From: Eledone cirrhosa
Lineage: Eukaryota
Direction: 5' to 3'
Length of the DNA: 64,000 nt
Assembly (NCBI GenBank): GCA_964016885.1
Contig: OZ024740.1
Location: 266,476,001-266,540,000 of the forward strand
Shown here: in pieces, positions 13,438-25,730 of the stretch
How the letters are laid out: every line of letters begins with the position of its first letter
Position numbering within the stretch: the stretch's first letter is position 1
Program-made: the position numbers and the translations under genes
The notes under the pieces: generated by a model
What the model saw: only the letters and a program-made list of their open reading frames with translations
The model's database searches: none
What the model was told of the DNA's origin: nothing

Positions 13438-14903
13438 TCACTTACCTTGTTCGTGTGGTGAAGGGACAGTAGAACCGTCCCTTTCGCTGGTCATGGGTGT
13501 TTCCAAGAGGATGTCAGTGTATATCCACTTGGTAACCGTCTCTCTGAAGTCTCCAACTGCGTTGGGGAACTTTTGTTTTAAAGGTTTGTACTGTTCTATT
13601 GAGATTTCGATGATGCTTATGTTTGTCAGGAGAGTTTTTGGTGTTGGTGGGGTGTAGTAGTTTTTTCCGTGATGTCTGTGTGCTGCTTTATATATTGTAT
13701 GAGTTCTTTTTTTGCCATGTTTATGGCTGTGTACTTTTTGGGGGGAGGGGTGATTTTGTTGCCGTTTTCTTCTTGTTGCTGTTTGGTGTGTGTGTCTTGT
13801 TGTGTTTGCGTTGTTGGTGTTTGTGGTGGGGATGGTGGTGGTGTTGCTGCAAGTTTCCTTGTTGCCTTTACCCCTCTTTGTATGCCTTCGATTTTGGAGG
13901 GTGAATCTAAGGTTTTTTTTCTTTTTTCTTTTTTGTGGCAGACTGTTTGCCACGTCACTCCCGCCTCAAACTCCATGTCGGATTCTGTGGCGTCTGGGAG
14001 GGGTATGTGCTCCACGGCTGTTGGTGGTGGTAGTGGAGCCCTCTTCGGCAATTTTGTTGCTGGTGTAGCTATTTCAAATGTAGCTATTGGTGTTGCCGCT
14101 ACTGATGATGCTGCTTTAGTTATCCTTGGCCTTGGTACGGGTGCTATGGACGTTGCCCTCCTACTCACCGTGGAAGGGGCTTCTTCGTTTGTTGCCTGTC
14201 CTGCTCTTGGTAGCAGCGGACCAGGTATTGGAAGGAGAGGGGCCCTCTTCGGTGTCTTCTGCGGGTAAAAGGCCCTGCGGTGACCCTTCGACCCACAGAG
14301 ATAACATTTTGGCCGTCTTCCTTCTACACTTATAGGGAGTTGGAGTCCTTCCTCGAAGTCTATGATATCGGGGATAGCCTCGATACATTCCTGGTCAGTT
14401 TGTATAAGCATTTGCATGCCTATACCTGACCAGTTCTCTCTCCCTATTTTTTCTACATGCAGCATGGTCGTCCTGTTCTCGATTCCAGCAAGGACATACG
14501 CGGCCAGCCAAGGTATGGGCACGTCGGGTGGGACCTGGGTCACTTTGACCCTCACAATTTTCTGCCCGCAGTAGGAGGGCACCAAGACTATCTCCTCACT
14601 CTTTAGGGTTTCCAAAGAGTGAGACTTTGCTTCCTGGGGGGTGGCGAAAAGTACGTCTACTGTGGCGTACTTTCTGCCTCGGGTGATGTGGGTTTTGCGT
14701 GCCCAGACGCACCCCAAGGCCTTTGGGATTTGAGCCTCCGTGGCTCTCTCCACCCGATGTGAGATTTTGCTTACGGTGCGGTAAGTCACCGTCCGTAGCT
14801 GTTGGTCCTTGAAAAAATTGGGTGGAGGTTTCAGGGAGACTCTATTGGCGCTTCTTGTCACCATGGCCCTTGCGACTGCCATCTCCTCCTCTGTGACTAA
14901 CAC
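13438..14903 (-). pseudogene. Tx1 copy A ORF1 (gag-like, zinc knuckle)
   Basis: ORF 13626-14903 plus frameshifted C-terminus in 13438-13953, homologous to copy B ORF1 pieces (KFPNAVGDFR..STVPSP). Confidence 0.8.
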
Positions 14904-15626
14904 TGTCTCGATATTTCTGGCGACACCTGCAAAAGAAGTGGTCCCTTTTTCAGCAGCACCACTATTGCTGCCGCTACATGTCTTACTTGTGGTGCTGAGA
15001 TCGCTATTACAGGTATCGATGTAATTGTTGTTGTTTTCGTTGGTACAGTTGTTGGTGTTGTTGTTGTTTTCGTTGATACTGTTGCTGTTGTTACTGTTAT
15101 TGTGGCTGTTGTTATTATTGTTATTTTTGTTGATACTGTTCCTACTATTATTGTTGTTGTGGCTGTTGTTATTGTCATTGTTATTGTCGTTCTCGACCTT
15201 ACCGCTGTTATTTTTGTTATTGTCGTTCTCGACTTTACCGCTGTTATTTTTGTTGTTGCTGTTGTTATTGATGGTTTTGTTGTTGGTATTGTTGTTGGTG
15301 TTATTGTTGGTGGTGTTTGTGTTAGAAATATTTGTTAATTTTAAATCTGTAGCAATCTTCTTTTCCTTTGTAATATTTTCGTTTATATTTACCTCCGCTG
15401 GAACGCTGTCTTATTGACATGCTGAAAAAGTCTCCCTCTCTCTGTGTTGTCTGACAGCGCTCTCTCTGTTTCTTGTGTTATCCATGTTGAAATTTTTTCA
15501 AAAAAATATTTTTACACAAATACGAATACGACACCCCGTAAAGGGGTGCCGCATTATTTACGAGCGAACCCCTGTATTAGGTGGGTCACGTCTTCTAAAC
15601 TTTTATCAAATTTAAAACTTGGACGG

Positions 15627-18600
15627 TACAAATGGGCATTTCTGCGTGTAAAAAAAACAAAAACAGAGGATGTAACAAAAATATAACAATGAAAAATTCC
15701 CCAATAGGGGGGAGACTTCGGAGGGACATTTGTGGAGAAAGCCCATTAAAAGGCCACAGTGACCCTGACCACCAGGGCAAGTGCCCTCTCCCAGTTTTCC
15801 AGATTTAATTTACAGACACGTACTCAGAGTAGGCCCATTCACTTGGGCCATACTTGCTCCTCTCACTCATCTTTCAACAAAATGCTGGGAAGAGAGCACT
15901 TCCCTCTATACCCTGATTTTCTTTTTCAAATGAAATTTAAAAATGTTAATCAGGGCATCACCGAAGAGGTAAGTGCTCGTCTTCAGCCCTTTCAAACGTG
16001 TCCACCATACTATCTCTTTCGCCATGGACACCAGACAGATAAAAACTGCCTGCCCTTCCCGGCTAAAGGAAGAGGGCGGGGCAATCCTCACGATGGAATC
16101 AGCTGATAGCTGGATCCGTCCTACACGTGACAGCAGGTGTTCGACAAAAACCCACAAGTCAGCAATTTTCGGACACTGGACGAGTGCGTGCAGGACGGTT
16201 TCGTCGCCCTGCGCGCATCTCGGACATGCCCGGCTGACGGCACCTCCATGTCTGTAGAGTTTATCCCGAACTGGCAAGGCCCCTCGGTAGCACTGCCAGG
16301 CCATGGATTTCTGGAAGTTGTCCATAGGCCCCGGCCCGAAAGTTCTTCCGAAGAGATTGGCTAGTTGATTTTCGTCGAGGCCTAGAGTTTCCCTAAAGTA
16401 CGTCGTCGCTTTTCCTCTCCACTAATCCTCTATAGAACGCCGAGGTGAAGTTTCCACCGGTCACATTGCCCGATTGGTCGAGGGCTGTGAGCGCCTGAAG
16501 ACATTCCAGTCTCCAAGCGCTCCCTCTCGGTCTTCGCTTGACCCAGGACTGCAGCTCCGTCAAGGAAACGAGCTGGGGAAATACGTGTCTAGCAAATGGC
16601 GACCACACCTGATCACCGTCGAGGAAGAGGTGGAGATGTCGTAGCCTGAGCGCGTGTCTGCGCATCATCAACCACGGCATGCTCAGCCCTCCACGTACGG
16701 GTGTTGACAACAGATGGACCGCTTGACCATCGGAGCGCGTCCCTTCCACAAAAAGCGAAAGAGCAAACGCTCCAGCGCAGTCAGGCGGTAGCAGATGACG
16801 GACGCGATGTACGCGTTAGCCACCCCCGCTCGAACTTTCAGGGATAGCTTCCTCCCCGCCCATTTGTGGGTGAGAGAAGCCACCCTGCACGTCACCTCGT
16901 CCCAGTTTTTGTCCGTCTGGAGGTCCGGACCAAACCAGACTCCTAGCAATTTAACCGGTCCGTCCGTCCAGCGCCTGACGACGCTGTTGGACGGCACGGA
17001 CCTGCCTCTCCAGGTGCCGAGCTGCAGGCCCACTGACTTTTCCTGGTTGATCATTGCTCCTGTCACCGCTTCATATTCTCTTAGTGTAATGCCGATTGCC
17101 TCGATGTTTTTGGCATTCGCATATACTGACACGGTGACATCGTCCGCATATGCTGACACGGATCTTCCGCATCCTAGTTCGCGCGGGACGCCCCTCAATG
17201 TCTCCAGTTTGTGCAGTAATGGCTCGAGAGTCAATACGTACAAGAGGGACGAGAGGGGACATCCTTGGCGGACCGACCGCATGATGTTGAACGGTTCCGA
17301 AAGGTGACCGTTCACTCTCACCACAGAGCAGATGTCGCTGTGCATGGCAGCGATCCAGCCTCTGAAGACCGGCCCAAAGCCAGCCGCCTTCAGGTCTGCC
17401 GCTAGGTAGCGATGGTCGACTCTATCGAAAGCTTTCGACTGATCTAAATTGATCAAGGACCCACCCGTGCCAGGTTCCCTAGCTACCCTCTCTACGATGT
17501 ATCGCATGAGGTGGAGGTTGACGTGGATGGATCTGTCGGGAATGGCGCATGTCTGCGCCTCTCCCACCAGACCATCAACGACAAGCGCCAACCTCTTTGC
17601 TAGCACCTTGGCCAAAATCTTGAACTCTGTGTTTAGCAGAGTTATGGGCCTGAAATTATCTATGTTATCCCCCTTGTTCGGATACTTTCTCAGCAGCGCC
17701 ACCGCTCCTCGGCTCACAGAGCTGGGAATTCTCCCGTTCTGTTGCCAGTTGCAGTAGACGTCCGCCAAGAGGCCTCTGAACAAGTCTGGCATCTGTACGT
17801 AAAGTTCATAGGGCAGACCATCCAAACCAGGCGATTTACCCCTTGTGCAGCCTCCCGTACATTGCCTCCCGTACTTCAGCGGCTGTTATCAGCTTTTCGC
17901 AACACTCCACCTCAGTGGCCGAGAGCCGCGGCAGTCCGTCGAGGTAGACACTAAAGTCCATCCCTCGACCCGGCCCACCGCTCCCCAGAACAGCTGAACG
18001 AAGTGTCGCTGAAAAGCTGGGATCGAGTAGCATGCGCCCGTCGTGGTCCACCAAAGACCGGATCGTGGCTTTGTTGCCACGACGCGCCTCCGCCACTCGG
18101 GCCCATTGAACGGCTTTCGTCCCCTCGTGTCTGAGAGCACGCACCCTAGCTCTGACAACGCAACCTTCGTGCTTTGCATTGAAGAATTGGTCAAGGGCCA
18201 ATTTCGCCGTAAGTACGTCGGTCGCGATGCCTTTGCAGGTTGGTGAGGCTCTTGCACCCTCCTCCCCTATCCGCTAATCCCACACAGTCCCAGCGTGCAT
18301 CTAAGATCCGGTTCCAGTCCGGTAACACTAAAGAGCGGGACGTTCCTAGAAAGGTCTCCAGACGCCGGAAGAAATCAGGCTGCCCTGCTCCTGTCGGGGC
18401 ATAGACGGCCACTAGCCTGAAAGCTTGACCGTCTCCGCTGGTCACGTCCAGCACCACCAACTTACCTTCTGGGTCCAGGAAGATGGCCCGTATGGCGAAA
18501 TCCAAACCTCTCCGAAAAAGCACAGCAACTCCTTCCCCCGATCCAGGACGGCTGGGAGATGAGTACACATCGTAGCCGCCGAAGATCGGTGCGAAGGCCC

Positions 18601-20898
18601 GTGCTTCGGAGATTCTGGTCTCGCTGATGGTCACTACATCTATGTTCAGTGACCTGAGGTCGTTGAGCAGGTGGCCCTGCTTCCATGACGACCCCAAGCC
18701 ACGCGCATTTATGCTGCCTATTCTGAGTGAGGTCATGTTGAAATGGAGTGGAAAAGATGGGAAAGACCACTTACCTTACTGCTCGTAGAGGAAGGATGGT
18801 TTCTCCATCCTTTTCACTTGATCGTCTGGTGAAGGGACCGTTGAATCGTCCTTTCGGCTGGTCGTCGGCTCTTCTGTGAGTATATCCGAATATACTCTCC
18901 GGTTGAGTGTCCCTCCTAGGTCTCTGAAATCACCAACTGCGTTGGGGAATTTCGTTTTAATGTTTGTGTATTGCTTCTGTGCTATTCTTACCAGTCTTAT
19001 GTTCGTTGGTGTTTTGATTAGTGCTGGTATTATGTAGTCGTGCTGTGAAATGTCTGTGTGTTCAATTATGTAAGTCATTAGTTTCTTGTGTGTATTTATT
19101 GCTGTGCATTTGTTTTTCTGGGGGTGTGGTGTGGTTCTGTTATTTTCTTGTCGTTGTTGCAGGGTGTGTGTGTTTTGTTGTTGTTTGCCATGTTGGTGCT
19201 TGTGGTGGTGGTGTTGAAGATGTTGTTGTTTGCGGTGGGGTTGCCGCCGGTGCTGATGCTGGTGCTAGTGTGGGTGGTGATGGTGTTGGTGGTGTTGCTG
19301 CTGTAAATCTCTGCAGTAGCCTTTACCCTTTTTTCATTTCTTTCCTCCCTTTTCGAAGGCGACGATGCGTTGCTTCTGCGTTTGTGCCTTCTTGCGACCT
19401 TTTGCCATCCCTCTCCCACCTCACACTCCATGTCCGATTCTGTGAGGTCGGGGAGGGGTACCAGCTCCACTCTTTCACTTGTTGTTGGTGATGTTTGCAG
19501 TGGAGTCTCTGTTGCAGCTGCAGTTGGTATTACTGTTGTTGTTGTTGTTAATACTTCCACTGCTGCTGCTGTTCTTGATTTCCGTGGCGTGGGTATGGGT
19601 GCCACGGACCTATCCTTCCTGGTTGCCGCTTGTCCTGTTGCTGGTAGCCGTGGAGCCGGTTTCGGAAGGAGGGGGGGTCTAACTTCTCGGGGTCTTCTCA
19701 TTGCAGAAGGGACCATCCCGGGGGGGGGACGTGGGTCAGTTTGACCCTCACAATTTTTTGTCCGCAGTAGGAGGGCACCAACACCATTTTCTCGCTCCTT
19801 AGGGTCACTAAGGATTGAGCCTTTGCCTCTTGGGGTGTGGCAAAAAGCACGTCCACGGTGGCATATTTCTTGCCTCGGGTGATATGCGTTTTCCGCTGTC
19901 ACACAGACTCTAAGGCTTTTTGTATTTGAGCCTCTGTGGCTCTTTCAACCCTACGGGATTTTGTGCTTACTGTACGGTACGTGACCATACAGTGCTGTTG
20001 GGTTTCGAAACATTGTTCGGCTGCCTTGCAGATTGCTCGGTGTCCGGTTTTCGTCACCATCTTCTTTGCTTCCTGTAATTCCTCATTTGTTATAAGGATG
20101 GTTTCCAGGTTCTTTGCGATACCTGCAAACGAGATTGGTTTTTCTTTCTTGTTGTTGTTGTTGTTGTTGTCGTCAGGGCTGCTGTCACTTTTGTTGTTGC
20201 TGCTGGTACTACGACTGCCGCCGCCGCTGTTGCTGTGGTTGTTGTTGTTGTTGCTGCTGCTGCTGTTGTTGTTGCTGTTGCTGTTGCTGCTGCTGTTGTT
20301 GTTTATGCCGCTGCTGATGCTGTTGCGGCTGCTACTATTGTTTTCCTTGTCACTGTTGCTGCTGCTGCTGTTATTACGGCTGCTACTGCTATTATTCATG
20401 ACGTCAGACGAATGAAATGGCTTTCCGTATTTACCGCACACATTTTTCGTCGTTGTCGTCGTCGTGGAGAAATGTTCCACGGGATGCACGTGCTCTTGGA
20501 AACTATCATAAACTATATTTTTCTTTTTCTTTACTGGCGTCGCTTGCGAAAGAGAAGGGAGGGAGAGAGAGACATTTAGAGAAGGGAGGGAGAGAGACAA
20601 TCTTCTATCTGGTGTATTGACGATTGAGGAAGAAGAAAACGGAATGAGTGGGAGTGACTTGTGAAAATTCTTTTTTGTAGCCATGTTTTTTTTGGTTTAA
20701 AATGAATATTGGGCACAAACCCCCAATAAGCGGTTATTTAACCCCGAAGGGCCAAATAACGGGCAGAAAGACCCCTCCCACGAGGAGGAGGGTGTTTTTA
20801 TCTACAATTTGGTTAAAGTTTTAAACAATTCACAATTGTTATAGCGGTTAAAAATTACTACACCTTACAGAGCCGAGCCTCCGTCAACCATGGTATTC
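15627..20898 (-). mobile_element. Tx1/L1-clade LINE copy B, diverged subfamily with internal deletions
   Basis: ORF1 pieces 19899-20684, 19096-19902, 18776-19078; ORF2 pieces from 18736 to ~15810; roughly 450 bp of APE-linker deleted near 18235. 5' end abuts (TAA)n; 3' UTR fused to the 5' UTR of copy A. Confidence 0.92.
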
Positions 20899-20933
<35 letters not shown>

Positions 20934-21426
20934 TTTCATTTATTAGCCACAAGGGCCGACATGTAGGGGACAATACAAAGACAGGGGCAGTGGGGGTTTA
21001 CAATAAGGTCGAGTAAAAGTGCACAATGGCAAGACTAATTTAACAATGAAGATATAAGAATATAAAATAAACTATGCATAAATATAAGAAAATAAATTCC
21101 CCGATAGGGGTGGACGACCCTGGGGTGACTCGGATACCCCACCAATCCTGAACCACCCTGCGCTTCTAGGGCACCCAGGGAGAGCACCCCTCTCCTCAAG
21201 TTAGCTAGCCTATAGGCGCATGGTCAGAGTAGGCCCATTCACACGAGCCATTCTCGCCACATTCATCCACCTTTTAGCAAATGTACTGGGGGGAAGCACT
21301 TCTCTCTCCACCCTCACCTTCCTTTCCAGGTGAAATTTGAAGAAGTTGATGAGGGATTGGCCGAAGAGAAAAGTGTCTGTCTTCAGTCCTTTTAACCTGG
21401 TCCACCATATAACCTCTTTCGCAACT
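20899..21426 (-). mobile_element. Tx1 copy C, 5'-truncated (ORF2 C-terminus, 3' UTR, (ATT)n tail)
   Basis: AKEVIWWTRLKGLKT..INFFKFHL..RWMNVARM; 3' end GGCCCTTGTGGCTAATAAATGAAATC(ATT)n. Confidence 0.9.
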
Positions 21427-22713
21427 AAGCTCTTCGGGAAGAGTGAGAAGGAGTTGGATGTGCTTGTTGACAATGTCCGTATTTTCAGCAATGATATATG
21501 TATGCAATTTGGTATTAGTAAGTGTGGAGTCCTTGTGATGAAGAGGGGTAAATTGAGCAGAAGCAACGGAATCCAGGTACCAACAGGTGAGATGATAAAG
21601 GAAATTGTCACTGAAGAAGGATACAAATATTTAGGTGATCTGGAGGCTGATGACATCAAGAACAAAAAAATGAAGGAATTGATAACATCTGAATACATTC
21701 GGAGAGTAAGGAGCGTATTAAAGTCACATCTGAACAGTAGGAATGCCAAAAGTGCAGTAAATTCCCGATCTGTGTCTATTATTAGGTACAGTGCGGGAAT
21801 TCTGAGATGGAATGTTGCTGAACAAAAAGAAATGGATAGGAAGACTAGGAAGCTATTGACTATCTACAACATGTTCCACAAGAGGAGTGATGTCGATAGA
21901 CTCTACTTAAGGAGATCTGAAGGTGGAAGAGGTCTTATCAGCATTGAGGACTGTGTTCAGATGGAGAAAAACAACCTACACAAATACGTGACTGATAGTA
22001 GGGAGCCAATGCTCAGAATTGTACTGAAGGAGAGGACAATAGACCAGGGGATGTCCAAGGAGGAAATAACAACAAGGAGAAAGAGCAACATTCATGAAAA
22101 ATCCCTTCATAGTACCTTCTTTGAGAAAACTGAATTTAGAGATCCACAGACATGGGACTGGTTGAAAAGAGGAGACCTTAAAAAGGCTACAGAAGGAATG
22201 CTAATGGCTGCGCAAGAGCAGGCCCTCAAAACGAAGTGGCTGAAACACCATATTTACAAGGAGGAGGCTAGCCCACTGTGTAGGATCTGTGGAGAGAGAG
22301 AGAGGAGACTGTGGCTCACATTGTATCCGAGTGTAAACACCTAGCCCAGACTCACTATAAAGGCTGGAGACATGATGTGATGGGCAGGGTGATCCACTGG
22401 CACCTATGCAAAGTAAACAATTTACCACATTCTGAGAAGTGGTATGAACATAAGCCAGAGTCGGTGATGGAAAACGATCAGGTGAAGGTGCTGTGGGATT
22501 TTAGGATACAGACGGACAAGAAACTGGAACACAATAGACCTGACTTGGTGGTTTTGGACAAGGGAAAAAGATCGTGCCTGATTGTGGATGTATCCTGCCC
22601 ATTTGACACGAGAGTGCAAGAGAAGGAGAGGGAGAAAATTAACCGATACCAGGACTTAAAGTGCGAGGTAAAAAGGATTTGGAACTGCCATGAGGTCAAA
22701 GTGGCCCCGATTG
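21427..22713 (+). mobile_element. R4/Dong-like retrotransposon copy 3, truncated at both ends
   Basis: Highly similar to 350-1633; 2-bp GA expansion near 22295 shifts the frame in the zinc knuckle. Confidence 0.92.
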
Positions 22714-23887
22714 CAGCTGCACTAAAGCAGATGTTTATCGAATTATAAGAGGCAGTCAAGAAGTAATCATTGATGATAGAAATTGGTACATTTTCATCCA
22801 CAGTGAACACAAAAAGTTAATGAAGTGTGACTCCAAGAAGAAGGCGACCACATGCATGTTGCTGCAATAATACAACATCGATATATACAAACAGTTCGAA
22901 CACTAACCTGGACCATCTTGATTGGACATGAATCGATAAAAATTGATAAAAATGTTCGATAGCTCTCTGGGATTCCGGTGAGATACATTCCAAGTTGCAT
23001 AATGTATATGCAAGTCAGTTATGCATCTTTTGATGGAACAAAGATATCCCTTCGTCAACAGGTTTTTCGTTGTAGGGAATCCGATTCGTTCGGTCTCTAG
23101 ACAACACTGTGTCAGTCTACTGTCGCAGTAAACTTCGTCGTTAGGTCACGCGACCTTTCTAAAAAAAGAGGAAGGTCTGTTGGACGAACTTTTAGTGGGT
23201 ACATTCAAAGTCTGAAGAAATGATTTTTTTTCACAGCCTGAAATAATCTTGCAACGAGGTTTACAAGCAATCAATTAAATAATTAATTATAAGGACTAGG
23301 AGAAAAATAATAATAAAGAGTATAACTGATGTTGCAGCTGCACTAAAGCAGATGCTCATCAAATTATATAAATATATATATAATTCATAGGGAAATGGAA
23401 AAACTTGGCGTAAGGAAGCTGTTAAAACAGTAAAATGCCGTCGAAACGGCGTTGGGTAAAACATTACCTCAAAAAAACAGAAATCAGCGAGTGAGTTGGT
23501 TCGAAGAATTGATAGGAAAGAAGAAATAGAATGGATGAGAGGAGATCACAAACATTAAAATACACTCATCAGCTTTCAGACCACATGCAGTTTCAACGAT
23601 TTGACTGAAAGGACTGCGAATATAGGTGGCTCGTAACAACGGAAAAATAAATATCTCCGTTGGTAAAATGTTTGTGCTGGGACAGGTCAGAGATAGAGAG
23701 AAAACAAATGAAGTGCGTCCACTAGACCTCAAATCGTCGCAAGAAAGGAAGAACGATGACACAGTAAGCGATAGTGGCATGTAGAAGGGAGAGGGGAAAA
23801 AAGAAAAGGAACAGTTTTAACAACATCCTTTAGTCCAGAATTAGACGTCGAAACGGTTTGAGCTCAGCCGTCGAGGTCCTACTCGTT

Positions 23888-23938
<51 letters not shown>

Positions 23939-24392
23939 ATTCTCTCTGTTTCTCCCCCTCTGTCATGTCCGTTAACTCTTCCTCACACTTTCACTCACTC
24001 ACTGTTTTTCTCTCTCTTCTCTTCATTTCATCCTGCACACCACGAACGCTATTTTTCTCTCTCTGCTCATAGCCCTCGCTCGTGTAGGATCTATTCTCTA
24101 AGCGCTCATATATTCACCTAGCTTATGCTAAACAGAATAATTTTTGAAGCTTGTTTCTGTCCCCTACGGTTAGCTATACTCTTTGTTGTTCTCCTGTCTC
24201 ACTCGCTTTACGCGTTTTAATTGTCCTAATAACTTATTTTAGTTATTATTGCACCGACGTGAGATATATGATTTTTAATGCAATGAAATATCTATGATCT
24301 TCGGCAAATCACTGATGAGGGACTTATTTTATTACATGTTATCCATGTGCTACCTGCAGTATTTTTCTCTATATTTTAATATATATATATAT

Positions 24393-24479
24393 ATAAGCCA
24401 ATGAATGAGTGAATGAAGGAGTTACAAGCCGTTAAAACAATGGCTTGTAAATCCTTCATTCACTCCTTCATTTGCTTAT
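24393..24479. repeat. Imperfect inverted repeat (hairpin) next to (TA)n
   Basis: ataagc..aatgaatgagtgaatgaaggagttacaagcc / ggcttgtaaatccttcattcactccttcatttgcttat. Confidence 0.85.
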
Positions 24480-24984
24480 TCCCCCTCTGCTTAAACCATA
24501 CGCTAAATATTAACTTCCTCTAATATTTAACCCTGCTAACCCTGCTCACCACGCTTCGGCTTTTGTCATTTAGTATTCTGTATCGCACCTTTTTGTACCT
24601 CTCTGCTTCATCCTCTCTTACGATACCTTAACCCTATTATATATATACAACCCTTTCATGACCATATTCTTAATAACAGACATTGTATTTAATTCATTCA
24701 TTAACTTAACAAAAGGTCCTTTTATCAAATTATGTTGGAAGATTTTAATTTAAATAAGAAATATTTAATATGGGTGGTTTTGTTTCATAGATCCAGCGGT
24801 CTTTTGGGGTAGATTGTTATCAAAAAGTAACCATTGTTCGATAAATACCGGGGTCTTGAATCTCTTGAATTGACTTGGTAGAAAAATAAGTGTCACTGAC
24901 AACACACTTAATGCAATGAATATAAAAAATTGCAACTAGAAGTATTATGCCGTGAAGAAAAGACAGTAATGAAAAGACAGTAAA

Positions 24985-25730
24985 GAAAACCCATGGTTTA
25001 GGGTGTTGTACACTCAATCATATAGTCATGGGTTCAATTTCTGAACGGAGAGATGCACTGTCCTCTTGATGAAGACACTTCATTGTAAGGAATATCAAAA
25101 GGTTTAACTATAAGTAATTATGTTGTGAAGAAAAACAGTATGTGGCCTTGTGGTTTAGTGTTGGACTCAGAATTATAAGATCGTAGGTTCAGTTCCTGGC
25201 CCCGACGGTTAAAACTACATTGGTGTTCGCTATAACAATAGTAACATGATAGAAAACAACCAAGAAATTTCCTATGAGATGTAAACTCGTAGGGAGTCAG
25301 TTCAACCTACATGGGTGTGAGCTGTTTCGTGACTAATATTGCAATAATTGTTTCGGAAGTTTATGTGCAAGTTTCTACGCTGGTTGATTTAGATAAATAG
25401 AATTGTTTAGAGAAATTAACTGAAATTATAAAAATAATAAGCTATTGGCATTCCCCCCGTTGCATAATTATTTCCGATTAGCATTTTTCATACATTAAAT
25501 ATGTTAATAGTAACTCGTGGCCCGTTGTGTTCTTACGCAAGGCACTGAGTTGTACTGCTATTCAGAGTGGCAAGTGTTGTCATACATTGTGTCTCGCTGA
25601 ATCTCCCTAAGAACTGCGTTAAGGGCATATGTGTCTGTGGAATGCTCAGTAACTTGCACGATAATTTTACAAACAGTGTTCCATTAATCGAATCAACTGA
25701 AACATTCATCGTCGTAACCAACGGGAGTCC
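24985..25730 (+). mobile_element. Degraded tRNA-derived SINE pieces (second family)
   Basis: A/B-box-like heads near 24990 and 25140 (tggccttgtggtttag..ggttcagttcc); body 25600-25730 matches the minus strand near 54925-55040. Confidence 0.55.

Larger units (their letters stand above)
9681..15626 (-). mobile_element. Tx1/L1-clade LINE copy A, near full length, frameshifted
   Basis: ORF1 (~15490-13438) with low-complexity N-terminus and knuckle CYLCGSKGH; ORF2 (13405 to ~9990) with APE (SINARGL, SET, VYAP, GDWN, SYLDR, TDHK, YWKLN), RT (SPGLDG, FRPITLLN, DQSKAFD, RQGCPLS, AYADD) and C-terminal Cys motif; 3' AATAAA + (ATT)n. Confidence 0.92.

Noticed and set aside
13669-20579. Plus-strand Leu/Val/Cys-rich ORFs
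   Set aside because: Antisense shadows of low-complexity Tx1 ORF1 and of ORF2.
21337-22344. 335-aa ORF as a novel gene (likewise 1831-2256, 31650-32039, 42270-43016)
   Set aside because: Chance fusions across TE junctions or with microsatellite sequence.
22780-22810. TVDE motif suggesting piggyBac
   Set aside because: No other piggyBac motifs or TTAA-flanked termini.
24310-24350. CTGATGA with a partial stem II
   Set aside because: No downstream GAAA or cleavage triplet; at most a decayed remnant.
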